The notes beneath the pieces were generated by a model. It was not told the origin of the DNA. It did not search any database and saw only the letters and a list, made by a program, of their open reading frames with translations. 40,745 nucleotides of DNA from Octopus sinensis (Eukaryota), in contig NW_021835382.1 in the NCBI RefSeq assembly GCF_006345805.1, forward strand, positions 1 to 40,745. The letters run 5' to 3'. Positions 22,721-35,055 of this stretch are shown in pieces; position 1 is the stretch's first letter; each line of letters starts with the position of its first letter. The translations under genes were made by a program, and so were the position numbers.

Positions 22721-23510
22721 TGAATCTTAATGATCCAAAAGTAATCTGATCTTTGTTCAGGGGAGGTTTCTGGCCTTCACTGAGAATTTGTACAGGAATT
22801 ATTTCCCCTTTGTCATCATCATCATTGTCCATGTGATGAGATGCTGCTGATATTTTTGATCTAGATGAGAATATTCGACAGCCAGAACCTCTTGCACTCT
22901 TGTTGCTGCTGTTGTTACTGTTGATGCTTCTCACAGGATTGGGTGATGGATTTGTTGACAAGTTGCTTAATGCTAAGCTTGTCTCTTGTAGAAGGTGTGA
23001 TGTAGCATGGTGTGGTGTGCATGCACTGGTTTGTGTTTCTTTTGGCACAGCTTTGAACATTTCAGCAAATTTGCGTCTCTCAGCAGCTTGGATGGCACTG
23101 GTTCGAATCTTGTTGATTCTCTGCTCCATATTTTCCCGACGAGCATTTTGCTCATTCTGTAACTTAGTTACATCAGGATGATTGTCAAGATTTATCTTAA
23201 GGTAGTTGTCGGAGCTGAGCTCCCCTAATGATGGTGGCCAGGAGCCAGCACCTCCTCTGTACACAGAGGGAGGAGCACTGCATTTGGTGTTCATTGGTGG
23301 CATGGTGTTTGGTGTATTCATTGCAACATTAAAGTCACTATAATAATATTTGGGGCTATTGACTATAGACCTTGTTGGCAGTCCTTTCATGCCCTGTAGG
23401 TGATGCCAAGGTGTCTGTAGACCATCATAGGTAAGTCCTGGAGAAGGACCAATATCTGTATATTTCTTCCATTTTTTCTCCTTCTTCTTCTTTGAATTCT
23501 GAATTCCCAT
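22721..23510 (-). CDS. Host protein-coding exon (probably first coding exon, 263 codons plus phase-1 intron); N-terminal myristoylation-like and polybasic motif; product unrecognised
   Basis: 790-bp open frame in repeat-free, higher-complexity sequence. ATG at 23510 reads MGIQNSKKKKEKKWKK; a coiled-coil-like stretch KLQNEQNARRENMEQRINKIRTSAIQAAERRKFAEM follows. Perfect donor A|GTGAGT at 22721/22720, just before the ORF stop. Confidence 0.75.
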
Positions 23511-24567
23511 TCTTGAAGAAAATTATAAAAGAAAAAAAATATTTGAAAGAGAATAGAAAACAAATGTTCAATAATGTAAATGAAATATTTAAAATTTATA
23601 GTAACTATAAAGAATAATTTATTTTGCTTCATTTCTATCCATGTCTCATAGCAAGTTCATTTCAGAATTTCCACAGAAGTTTTAAATAATGGCACTTCTG
23701 CCCATTAGATGGTCATTTTACTCACAGCCACTCTCATCCGGTATTTTAGGTTTATTTTAATACTTATTATTTTGCGTGACAGTTTCACATTTATTTTTCA
23801 TGCTATCATTTTGATATTTTGTGATGCAACTGCTTTTAGAGCAATATGGATATCCTCTACCCCATACATACCATTCAAATATACAATAGCTATAACACCT
23901 ATTGCTTAACAAAATTATATACCTTGCCCACTATCAAGATATTGTTGTTGTAGAAAATAATTTCATCTTCACACAATTTATTTTAATTATCATTAAATAT
24001 TATTATTACAAGTAGTAATAATATGGCAATATGTTGGCAGAACTCATAGAGTGTCAGACAAAATTCTTTGTAGTATTTAGTTGGGTCCTTCGTGCTTCAA
24101 GTTCAAATCTCACTAAGGTCAGCTTTGCCTTTCGTCCTTCTGAGATTAGTTAAATAAGACTTTGTGAGAAATTAATTTACTTATTATTCCTTAGAGTGAC
24201 TCTCTGAAATGCACAGGTGTAGTACCAATTTTTCACTTTCTGTAGAGTTAAGTAAATGAAAGAGAAATGCACCTATCTCTAGATGGACCAGGAATTTATC
24301 ACTTGCATCTTTCCTTGCAAGTTTAGTTGGAACTCAGCACTAAACCAATGAATCAGTAATTAATCTTAAAATTGTCAGTGAACTAAACTACTCACTGGTA
24401 CCTTCTAACTGGTAGTAACAATGAACTGTTAAAAATTAAAGTGCCATAGCTATCAATACATCACATCCTTTCAGTTAGTGCTCTCTTATATACATAAGAA
24501 TTTTTTACTGAATCACAGTTGATATTTCATAAAAGTGAATTTTGTATTAAAATAAAAATGTCATATA

Positions 24568-24935
24568 GGCACAAGAGTGGCTATGTAGTAAGTAGCTTGC
24601 TTACCAGCCACATGGTTCCGGGTTCAGTCTCACTGCATGACACCTTGGGCAAGTGCCTTCTATTATAGCCTCGAGCTGACCAAATCCTTGTGAGTGGATT
24701 TGGTAAAAGAAAACTGAAAGAAGCTTGTCGTATATATATATATATACATGTTTGTCTCACCACCATCGCTTGACAATCGATGTTGGTGTGTTTATGTCCC
24801 TGTAACTTAGCGATTCAGCAAAAGGAACTGATAGAATAAGTACTAGGCTTACAAAGAATAAATCCTGGAGTCGATTTGTTTAACTAAAGGCAGTGCATGG
24901 CCACAGTCAAATGACTGAAACATATAAAAGAATAT
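24568..24935 (+). mobile_element. Full-length tRNA-derived SINE whose tail matches the CR1-group LINE 3' end
   Basis: Box A-like gtggctatgtagt, box B-like gggttcagtctc, core gacaccttgggcaag...ccttgtgagtggatttggt, tail ggcagtgcatggccacagtcaaatgactgaaac. Confidence 0.8.
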
Positions 24936-25744
24936 TTTTTAAAAAACCCAAAAGGCTAAAAGTTAATGATAGCTTCCATCTGCAAAGACAAATCTATTCA
25001 AAGCCTTAGTGACTGAAACCTCATCCTACAGTGTGTAAGTTGTTAGTCCAGATTCAAACCTGTCAGAAATAGGATCAGTTATATTTTATATTTTTAACTG
25101 CATTTTTAACAACAAACTTCTGATATTCAGAAGTATCTTACCAACAGCATTAGGAAAAAATAGATGCAAAAATGAAAGAATGAAATCAAAATGCTAAAAT
25201 TAAAACTGACTTACATTGAATGCTGGTAGAATGGGCTACCTCATGACATTGTTGGAGTGGTAAAAAGACTTCATCTGAATAATAAAAAAATTAAATCACA
25301 CTGCTTTAACAACTGGAAAAATGATTTTAACAAGATTGTTAGTGGCTCCTATAAGCCATTAACCTTTTTTGATACCAAATCACTTGAAACTACTCTGATT
25401 TATTTCATATTAAATCCTGATTTAAAGCATTTAGACTTAAATTAAAACCATCATGATAATTTTATGTAAGAATTTTGATAAATGAATAAAGAAAAATTCT
25501 GTGTAGTATGGTTATGCACTAAGTATTGAAGATTCTAAAATTAAATGATTCAGTGGTTTAGTGGTATTTAACTAAACTTGTAAGGAAAGATACATGTGAT
25601 AAATTATTGGCCCATCTGGAGGTAGGTACATTTCTCTTTCTTCTACTCAATTCTATAGAAAGTGAAGAGCTGGTACCAGTCCTATGGATTTCAGGACATT
25701 ACTATAAGAAATAATAGTAATAATAACTAAAGTGATTTCTCACA

Positions 25745-26212
25745 TTGGCACAAAATCACAAGTACTTTGATAGAAGGGCAGTACTTGACTAGTACCTAAT
25801 TTTATCAATTACAAAGGGATGAACGGCAAAGTTGACTGCAGTGAATTTGAGTTTAGAGCATAAAGGAATACAACTAAATACCACTTGAAATCTGACAATA
25901 TGAATTCTGCCAATGCATCGCTCTACTAATAAACCTTTCTCAATATTTACTAAAACAGATGTCACACAACCAGCTAAATGAATAACCACTAGATCAGTTT
26001 TTAATTTAATAGTGACCTCACTAGTACTGGTGCCATGAAACAAGCATCCAGTATATTCTGTAAAGTGGATGGCATATAGGAAGGACACCCAGCTGAAGAA
26101 ATATGCCAAAACTGACATTGGAGCTTAGTGCAATCCTCTGGCTTTCAAGTTCCTCTTAAACTGTCCAACTTATACCAACATGGAAAGCAGACATTAGACA
26201 ATGATAATGAGG
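25745..26212. mobile_element. Adjacent SINE fragments: central-domain family (-, 25745-25860) and (GAT)n-tail family (+, about 26010-26212)
   Basis: gggatgaacggcaaagttgac is the reverse complement of the core; ...ccaacatggaaagcagacattagacaatgataatga is the tail. Confidence 0.65.
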
Positions 26213-26860
26213 AAACTGAATATGTGAACTCTATTTTAAAGAAAGTAAAGAATTCAATGGGTGGGATTTGGAAGTTGTTGTTGTTTAACCCAAATCAAAC
26301 TTGATTAAGTAGATGTGTGAGCAAAGGTGTTCCAGCTATCACTATCTCCTCTTTCTAGGAATGTGAAAGATATTACCTAATGTGATCTCTTCTATAGCAT
26401 AATTTGAGGGAGATTGGCTACTATTCAAATAGGCCAACTAATCATATAGAGGTTCTTTTAGTCGTTAGTACATTACAGAAGTTGAGCACTAAATAGAGTT
26501 TCTTGAATGTAGTATTGAATTATAATCAAGTGTTGCTGTTTACACATTATGATTTGGTTGTAAGAGGGCAGGAGTACAAAACTATTCCCATATGTAAAAA
26601 TCAGAGTTTTTACCATACTGTTAAATAACTAAAATACCAATTTCCTAACCTATGCTATTGTAACAAGTTATAATAAACCTTTATTGGCAGCAATATGATG
26701 CCATGGTCATGTTGACCGAATAGCTATAATTATTAGTTTCCCATTGGTTAAAATTACTGAATTTTTGAATTCTAACTCTTTCACAAAATACGGTTCTTAG
26801 AATTCAGGTATGAGCAGTTATAAAAACCCTGATTTTTGGGAAATTAATCTGTTCCTTAGT

Positions 26861-26975
26861 TGTCACTTGATTCCATAATGCTCACTCTCAGTGTTTGTTG
26901 GTTGCCACTCAACTCAATGACACTCACTTTCAGTGTTCATTGGTTGTCACTCGTTTCCATGGCACTCACTCTCTT
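26861..26975. repeat. About 42-bp minisatellite, about 2.7 diverged copies
   Basis: g.cact......at...ctcact.tcagtgtt..ttggtt repeated. Confidence 0.7.
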
Positions 26976-27536
26976 GAGACATTGGGTATTGCTATGCCAT
27001 CTCTTTTATCTAATTAAACAAGGCTATTTTGAATTGTTGTTTAAAACTCTTGTAGCTTAGTTATGGAAGAATTAGTTAATATAAATTTCATGTCGTAATT
27101 CTTTACAACAGTTTTCTTTTGACTTATAAAAATGTACTGTAAATATTGAATGCCCGTAAATTAGTAAATAATTTCTCTCTCCTCATTTTCTTCACTCTGT
27201 TGGTGAAATTTATTTCTGCAACTATGAAACTGTTATTATAGTGGTGAAAAAGAATGAGCTTTATTATCTTCAACATACATGCATGTTGAGCATCTTGGTG
27301 TGTATAATTCACCACAGCGTTTACACAGCCTGAGTTAAGATTTATGTATGCTGATAAATGCTTATAGGTGACAGGTTTATCAACATAGATTCCTATTGAA
27401 GAAATAATTATATTTATTATCACTTCCAAGTCAAAACCTTTATAAACCAGATAATCAAAACCGTTTTAAACTGGTGACCAACTGACATTGATTATGAAGT
27501 CTACTCGGGAGAATAATCAGCATTATACTATCTTTT

Positions 27537-27952
27537 ATCATCAACATCATTTAACGCCAGTCTTCCATGCTGGCATGGGTTGGACAGTTTGACTGGCGAC
27601 TGGCAAGCCTAGAGACCGCACTAGGCTCCAGTCTGATCTAGCAGTGGATGCCCTTCCTAACACCAACCACTCCAAGAGTGTAGTAGGTGCTTTTTAGGTG
27701 CCACCGGCACAGGAGCCAGTTAAGTGACACTGGCATTGGCCACATTTAGAATGTGCTTTTTATGGGCTACTAGCACAGTAGCCAGTCTGGGCAGGGAGGC
27801 TGCATCGACCATGTTCAGATGGTGCTTTTTACATGTCACTGGCACTAGGAGCCAGTTCAGGAGGCACTGGCAATGACCCATGCATGCATGGTGCTTATTG
27901 CATGCCACCAGCACAGAGCCAGTCAGGCAGCACTGGCATTGGCCCCAACTAC
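27537..27952 (-). mobile_element. (GAT)n-tailed retroposon end carrying four tandem 60-70 bp units
   Basis: Tail reverse complement at 27537-27600; repeated gtgctttt...gcca.cggcac.ggagccagt...cactggcattggcc units at 27685-27945. Confidence 0.75.
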
Positions 27953-28567
27953 AATTTCCATTTGATTGTGATTTGATTTGATTTTGATTTAAGAGGAATA
28001 AATCATGATTGCGTTATGCCTTAGTTGGTTTATAAACAAACAAGACAAATTAGTTTTATTTTTACTAAGGAACTTTATCATTTTAGAGGGCCACAATAAA
28101 ATACTAAGGGAAGGATGTTGCTAGAGAATCTAATTTTGACAATATCAGTCAGTCTACTGAAAATGACTGCCAATGTCATCTGTAGTGGAGGTTATTAAAC
28201 ATCATAGAACACTAGCTTCTCCATCACAATACCAAGTGATTATTACTGTCACCATTGGTATCACCATCATCATATTCTCCTTGATACAGACAACTATTCT
28301 CACTACATCACAAACATCATCACCACTGCATTATAACTCTGTAACTACTGACAACAATTTCTACCTCTCCCACATGCTAAGATACAAAATTGGAAGAGAA
28401 TGACAATGGTAGTTTTTATAATGACATTGATAATGATGTTGGTGACAGTGCTGATAATGGTCTAATGTGAAGGTGGTTAATATGTGAATAGATGTATGTA
28501 TGTATAAATGTCTGTCTGTCTATCTGTATGTATTTATGTATATATCATCGAGTGTGTGTGTGTTTGT

Positions 28568-28625
<58 letters not shown>

Positions 28626-29576
28626 ATGTACATAAACATTTTGTTTGCTTTTATGTGCTTTTTGTCCATGCTAACATGGGTTAGATGAATATGTTATTCA
28701 GGCATTGTTTCACAGTTACATACCCTCCATGTCACTGACCTTTACCTAATTTGCAAGTAAAGAATCTCTTATTTTACATGTCTTTGAAGGTACAAAGTTA
28801 GTAGACAATTTGTTGACAGGAGAAATGACAACAGTATTACCACTTGTAACTAGCAAATTTTTTAAAAAGTGCAACTTTAAGCAAACATATGTACACATGT
28901 GTATGTATGTATGTATGTATGTATGATGTATGTATGTATGTATGTATGTATGCATGCATGCATATATATATATATATGTGTATATATAAAACATACACAC
29001 ACATGTGTGTGCGCATAGCCAGTATTGTTTATGTACTCTTAGTGAGTGACACTGAATCAGAATAGAAGAATATCTAAACTTTTACCAATATAAAATGAAT
29101 TTATATTTTGAGAATTTATAGTGACCAAGCTGTGTAAAAATGTTTTATAATATCATAAAGCTGAAAAAATTCTATATAAACAGAATATACCTAACTTCAA
29201 TTAACATGGTGGTAAAAATATTATAATATAATATCAGGACAGATAAACGAACAGACAGGATTTATATATTATATAATATCTCTTCATACATTCAAAGATA
29301 TAAATAAATTCAGAATTCAACATATTTTTTCGTATTTGCTGGCAAGATATATGGTTTAAATGAGTTAAAGCTATTTCCTTGAAAAAGTATTTTAGAATTC
29401 TAAGAATATTTGTTTCTGAATAGTATGAGTGGATATTTTTACACACACAAATGTCAAGGAGAATTCGTGAATAGCCATAATGGATACCAATACAATTAGT
29501 CAGCTAAACCAGCTCTGAGATAAAGTACTTCTACTCAATTGCAATAATTAACTACATATGCACCAAAGAAACTTAC

Positions 29577-29771
29577 ATGCAAGAATGCAGTACTCTTCTT
29601 CATTGTCTACATTTTGAACTTTAATTATGGGAATGCTGAACATTTGGTCTTCTTGCCTATTTTAGAATCATTTTACAATTACTTGTTCAAGTGGAGCATT
29701 AGCTGTGTCAGTAGCACTGGTCTTGGAAAGTTTGCAAAGGTCATGTGCATAGTCCCTTCCTACATACCATT
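29577..29771 (-). other. Candidate 195-nt exon (possibly non-coding or 5' UTR) of the minus-strand gene
   Basis: Acceptor tttttttttattAG| at 29773-72 and donor |GTAAGT at 29576, in unique sequence. The longest frame has two internal stops. Confidence 0.3.
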
Positions 29772-30084
29772 CTAATAAAAAAAATAAATAACCTATTGGA
29801 TGCTTTAAAGTGAGCACTGCAGGTTAATGAAACTGACAATTATGCAGTGCTCTCACTACCATTCACAAGAAATTGTTTCAAATCTATATGGGTTGAGCTA
29901 GCAAAAGTTAAATATTAAAACAGACCAAGCTCTTAGTTATGGAGTATTAGCAGTTTGGCAATCAATAAATTCACATAACTATGAATTTTAGTGCAATATT
30001 GAAGAAGTTAAATATAACATAGCATTTTTTGCTTTTAGCATCATTGTCATCATCAAATGCACATTACTCATAGGAATAGTGATT

Positions 30085-30840
30085 CTGCCAAGGTCGACTT
30101 TGCCTCTCATCTTTTCAGGGTCAATATATAAGTACCAGCTGCGCACTGCGGCCAATTAATCAACTTACCCTCTCCCTCAGATCTGATGTCTTTGTGCCAA
30201 AACTTGAAATCAATATTATTAGATTTGCAAAGGCATTGAGCTGGCAGAATTGTCACCATGTTAGGCAAAATGTTTAGCAACATTTCATCCATCTTTGCCT
30301 TTCATCCTTTTGGGGGCAATAGAATAAGTACCAGTTGATTACTGGGGTTGATGTAATTGACATAAACCCTAACCAGAAACTGTTAACCTTGTACCAAAAT
30401 TTGAAATTAATATTAGATTTCTTCAAGTTGGCAAGCTGATAGTAAAATTAGCACACTGGGCAAAATGCCTAGCGATATTCTGTTTGGTTTTATGTTCTTA
30501 TTTCAAATTCTACCATGGTTGACTTTGCTTTTTATCCTTTAAAGGTCAATAAAATAAGTACCAGCTGAGCACTGAGATTGATATAATTGACTTAATTACC
30601 CCTCCCCTGAAATTTCTGGCCTTGTTCTAAAATTTGAAACCAATATTACTAGATTTCTTCAAGGTGACGCACTGCCAAACTCATTACCACACTGGGCAAA
30701 ATGCTTGGTGGCATTTCGTCCATTCTTATGTTCAAATTCCACTGAGGTTAACTTTGCCTTTCATCCTTTTTTGTACCAAGTGAGCACTGGGGTTGACATA
30801 GTGGACTTACCCCACCCCTTGAACTTGCTGGCCCTGTAGT
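30085..30840 (+). mobile_element. Head-to-tail array of four diverged SINEs of one family
   Basis: Units at about 30085, 30232, 30428 and 30663, each with head (ctgg/ttaggcaaaatg.ttagc), core (ctttgcctttcatcc...aagtaccag) and end (gtgccaaaa.ttgaaa). Confidence 0.85.
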
Positions 30841-31364
30841 GAATTGCAGTCTAACAAATAGTAGAGTGTAAAGTAACTTTGAGAGGATATAGTGTTTTTG
30901 TGAAGTTTACTCACTGATTAAGTGATTTAAATGACATTAGAGAATTTACCAAGGGTGTAATCTGTAAAACTATATAGTGAAGTGCTACTTAGTGTAGTGA
31001 ACACAAAAGAATTCTGTTATATCTTCATTTTAGAAAGACTGTGCAATTTATATGTAAATTAATGCTATCGATTATAACAACTATTTCCTTCCCCTCATTA
31101 AGGGCTATTAACACCTTTCCAGGAATTGTGGAGTGTCAAAATTGGTATACTAAGAAACTAAAACTCTATCCTTTCAAATTTTCAGAACACATCTCTTCAG
31201 GAATGAATTTACATTTCATTCTTCTGAATCATATCCCCATTATATATATATTCAGCTCATTCAACCCCAAAGTTAGGGATAGCTACTAGTGTGTGTGTGT
31301 GTGTGTGTTTGTGTTTGTATGTTTGTGTGTGTGTGTGGTTGTACGTATGTACATATGTATGTAT

Positions 31365-32420
31365 GTCATTATTCAGTTAATTTCAAGATTTCTTGCCAAG
31401 AGAGAAAGAACTAGTTTCTAACCTAGATCCAAGGCTCCTTCATTGGAATTTCAACATCAACAACAGGGTATTTTTGTTTGTATGAATGAATGTATGTATG
31501 TATGTATGTATATATGTACTTGCAGATTTGTATGTATTCTCATGCATATAGTTGCACATCTAGATATGCTCATATATATTTAAATAATAAACTTCTGGAA
31601 AGTTTTGCAGATTTTTACAGTTCTAGTGATGGATTGGATCTGTAGTCTTCGAATTAGCTTTGTTCTTTCTGGTTTTGAGAAGCTAAATTTCTCAAGATTG
31701 GTATTTAGGCAGTGTGTTACATATCCCAATAATTAATGGTATAAACCTGAACTTGTAATCTGGATAGAGTAACTGCAGATTTCTCAATAGTTCAGCATAA
31801 GTGTTCTCTTTTTCACTGACCTTCAGCTTTATGTTAACATCTGCTGGGCAGCTAACTTCCACAACTGTGCAGTTTCTTTTCTCTATCCCAAATCATTATA
31901 TCATGTCTGTTGTGCTTACATTTTATTGAGGTCTTCACTGATACATTCCACTGGTATTCCTTTTTATCATGAGTGACTATGGCTTCTACCTTATTGTGGG
32001 TTCTTATTTCTTTGTCCTTGGGATTATCCTTCTGATGGATTTCATTATAGAGTCTCCTAGCTACAACACCATGTTTCATCAGTAGATAATACTGTGATAA
32101 CATTTTCGGACAACTGCTTATGATGTGCATGATATCTTCAGTGTGAACTCCACAAAGTCTGCATCGGTTGTCACATTTTATGGCTTTTCTTGCATCTCTA
32201 TCCCTTTTGTGCATTAGGTACTTGGTTGATATTTCCTGTTCCTGGATTGCAAACACATACCCTTCAAAGTGGGAGGTAGTAATCCAGTTATTGGTCCATG
32301 ATAAACTGCTTTGATGATCGATGTTACTATCATCATGGAACTTTCTACTGACATATCGATGCATAGTCTTCTGCTCATATAGGCTCATCCTTTCATCTGA
32401 TGATACATTGCAGTAGAGTC
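31365..32420 (-). mobile_element. R4-like non-LTR retrotransposon 3' portion (CCHC, restriction-like endonuclease, 3' UTR)
   Basis: EGYVFAIQEQEI, CRLCGVHTEDIMHIISSCP, KHGVVA (RHD equivalent), NRHDIMIWD; then frameshifted CTVVEVSCPADVNI...YPDYKFRFIPLIIG. Confidence 0.85.
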
Positions 32421-32489
32421 ATGTAACTTCTTTGGGCATGTATTCTAGGTTATCAGACAAAGAGTGTTGCTCGCATGTGTGTGTGTATG

Positions 32490-33900
32490 TATGTATTTTC
32501 GGAGTAGGGAAAATGAATAACAATGGTCTCATGCGGCTGAGGCTTTGTGATGAACATGGACTTTACATTGCAAGCACTCATTTTATGCACAAAGGTAATT
32601 ACACAACAACGTGGATGTATCCAAGGTCTAAAGTTTGGCACTTGCTGGATTATATCATCATCTGCAAGCATGGATATGATTTTCACGGCAAAACAGATGT
32701 GGGAGAAGTGCTATGAGCAGAATATGGATCTTGTCCAGGTATTCATTGATTTAATGAAGGCCTTTGATACTGTAAATAGAGCCTTTCTATGGAAAATACT
32801 TGGCAAACTTGGATGTCCAGATCACTTTGTATCTATAATTAAATCATTTCATGATGGGATGGAGGCTTGGGTCAATGTTGGAGGTGGCTTGGCTAGACCC
32901 ATTCCTGTAGAGAATGGTGTCAAGCAGGGTGACATCCTTGCCCCAACTCTCTTTTCTTTGTACTTTGCTGCTGCTTTTACTCATGCTTTTGCTAAGGTTT
33001 TAGCTCTTTGAGAATATATGTCAGATATCTTCTGGCGGCCTCTTTAATCTGTACCGTATGCTGCCAATTCAAAAGTTTTCCAGTCTATTATTCATGACCT
33101 TCTTTATACAGATGACTATGACGTAGTCACTCATACAGTGGATGACATGTAAATACTTATGAATCATATTTCTGCTTCTTGCAAGGCGTTTGGACTCAGC
33201 AATTATCCTGGACAAGACTGTTGTAATGTTCTAAACAGCACCAGGAAATCCATATGTGGAACCAGCTATCTTGGTTGAAGGTACAATTCTGAAAGTGGTA
33301 GACAAATTTGTCTACCTAGGCAGCACACTCAGCTGCTCTTGCTCCCTGGATGATGAAATATCTTTCAGGCTGCAAGGGAGCAACTAATTCCTTCCAGTCT
33401 CTTCACTCTTGTGTCTGGTCCCAGCATGGCATCACAAGGCAAACAAAAATTGCTATGTACTGTGCATGTGTACTGACATCACTCCTTTGCTCATGTGAGA
33501 CATGGACCCTTTACAAACGTCATGTAAGGGTCCTTGAACGCTTTCATCAGAGATGTCACAGACACATTCTGAATGTTGGCTAGAACTTAAAAACTCCAGA
33601 CATGCTGGTCCTGAGGACAGCAGATATCTTGAGTATTGAGGTGATGGTGGACAAGCACCAGTTGTGTTGGCCTGGACTCCTTATTAGAATGAAAGATAGC
33701 AGGATCCCTAAGCAGATACTATATGGGGAACTTGTGAATGGAAAGAGACCCTGGCAAAAACCAAGTCCTCATTAAAGGCCTGTGATATGTAGGAGACTGA
33801 CTGGGAGAACAATGCCTGTCATTGTCACAGATGGAGGAAGCCAGTTAAGGAGGGGGTCGACACTTTAGAGAGAGCACATATTCAGCATTAAGTACTTAAG
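32490..33900 (+). mobile_element. RTE-clade LINE, internally deleted and decayed
   Basis: APE end GKMNNNG...TTWMYPRSKVWHLLDYII joined to RT DMIFTAKQ..FIDLMKAFDTVNR..GVKQGDILAPTLF; then VVDKFVYLGSTL, SCETWTLYKRH..LERFHQRC, RIPKQILYGEL. Confidence 0.9.
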
Positions 33901-34156
33901 CACTCTGCTGGTGTAGTGAATGGGGAAAGCTTGGTCTGTAATGTTTTCAGTCATGTATACTTGTCAAGAGCAGGGCTCATTCACCACCAACAGGGCTGCA
34001 AATGCAAAAAATAAGTTAGTCCTAGAGTGCACAATATTTCTGAAGGTCAGCAATGGTCTTCCTTGGTCACGAATGGATGGCCATCATGTATATATATATG
34101 TCGCCTTTTATGTTCTTGTTCTATTTTTTGTTTTGATTGTATATATATATATAATC

Positions 34157-34288
34157 AGCCGAAATTGCTAAGATGATCTGGTTCTTGACTGATGACTGAG
34201 GGCTTCGAATGTCCCGTCCTGTGGTTCTTGTGTCGTCTCTGTGGTGTTTCATGTTCTTGTCCATGTCTGTAATTATTTTTACTGTTTA

Positions 34289-34321
<33 letters not shown>

Positions 34322-34988
34322 CAGCTTACATACACTTTTGATCTCCAGTAGATAAGTACATATATATATATATATATATATATAAATTCTGTATGATTCT
34401 TACTCTTTCCTTTAGCCCCTTTCACACTATCTGTGTTCCTTCCACTTTTCTTTTTCTCACTCTCACCCTCTCTCACATTTCTTGGCACTCCCTTCATTCT
34501 CATCACTTTCCCTCTTCCTTTACTTCAGTCTGTCCCTTTCCTTTATTTTCTCTCTCTCTTTCTCACCTTAATTCTTCAATCCCTATACCCACTACCTCTT
34601 TCCTCTCCTTCCATGTGACTGGTGTTCGGCCAAGCTTGACCTTTCTTGGTTCAACTAGCAGCTGTGCAGCATCTCTCATATTTCTTCCCATGATGTTTAT
34701 CTCCAATGTTCCACACACGCCAGCTTAATTTAATTTGTCCTTAGCCAAAAGACACCTGTTGTTAATGTCTTGTGGTTTGTATTTGTAATTGTGTACCATT
34801 TCTCCATTTTTGTCTTTTTGTCCTTGTTTTTGTATACATTTGCTTGCTTTCTTCCAAAGAATCTAGTGCTTTTAGCTTAGATTTCCTTGGGACTGGCCAA
34901 ATTAGAGCAGTCTTGAGATTAACTGGCTGAAACTGCAAAGACAATCTGCTTCTTGACTGAAGATTGAAAGCGCCGAATGTCCCGTCCT
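34157..34988 (+). repeat. Pair of about 64-nt direct repeats (34157-34220, 34925-34988) flanking about 0.7 kb
   Basis: gccgaaattgctaagatgatctggttcttgactgatgactgagggcttcgaatgtcccgtcct vs gctgaaactgcaaagacaatctgcttcttgactgaagattgaaagcgccgaatgtcccgtcct. Confidence 0.75.
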
Positions 34989-35055
34989 TTTAGGTTCCAA
35001 GATCACAGCTCAGGCTGGAACTAGAGATCTGTGTTAGGATCCCCTTATAGCAGGT

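Noticed and set aside
28173-28403. Thr/Ile-rich ORF
   Set aside because: Degenerate (CAT/CAC/ATT)n low-complexity sequence.
26861-30840. CRISPR-like repeat-spacer arrays (26861 minisatellite, 27685 units, 30085 array)
   Set aside because: Eukaryotic context, diverged repeats, no unique equal-length spacers and no cas genes.
31160-31205. CTGAAGA...GAAA on the minus strand
   Set aside because: Only a 2-bp stem II with an extra base, no UH triplet in register and no stem I.
31395-31455. R4-like 3' UTR segment CCAATGAAGGAGCC...AGGTTAGAAACTAGTT (-) with a palindromic end
   Set aside because: The CUGA box is absent and stem I is not adjacent; only superficially hammerhead-like.
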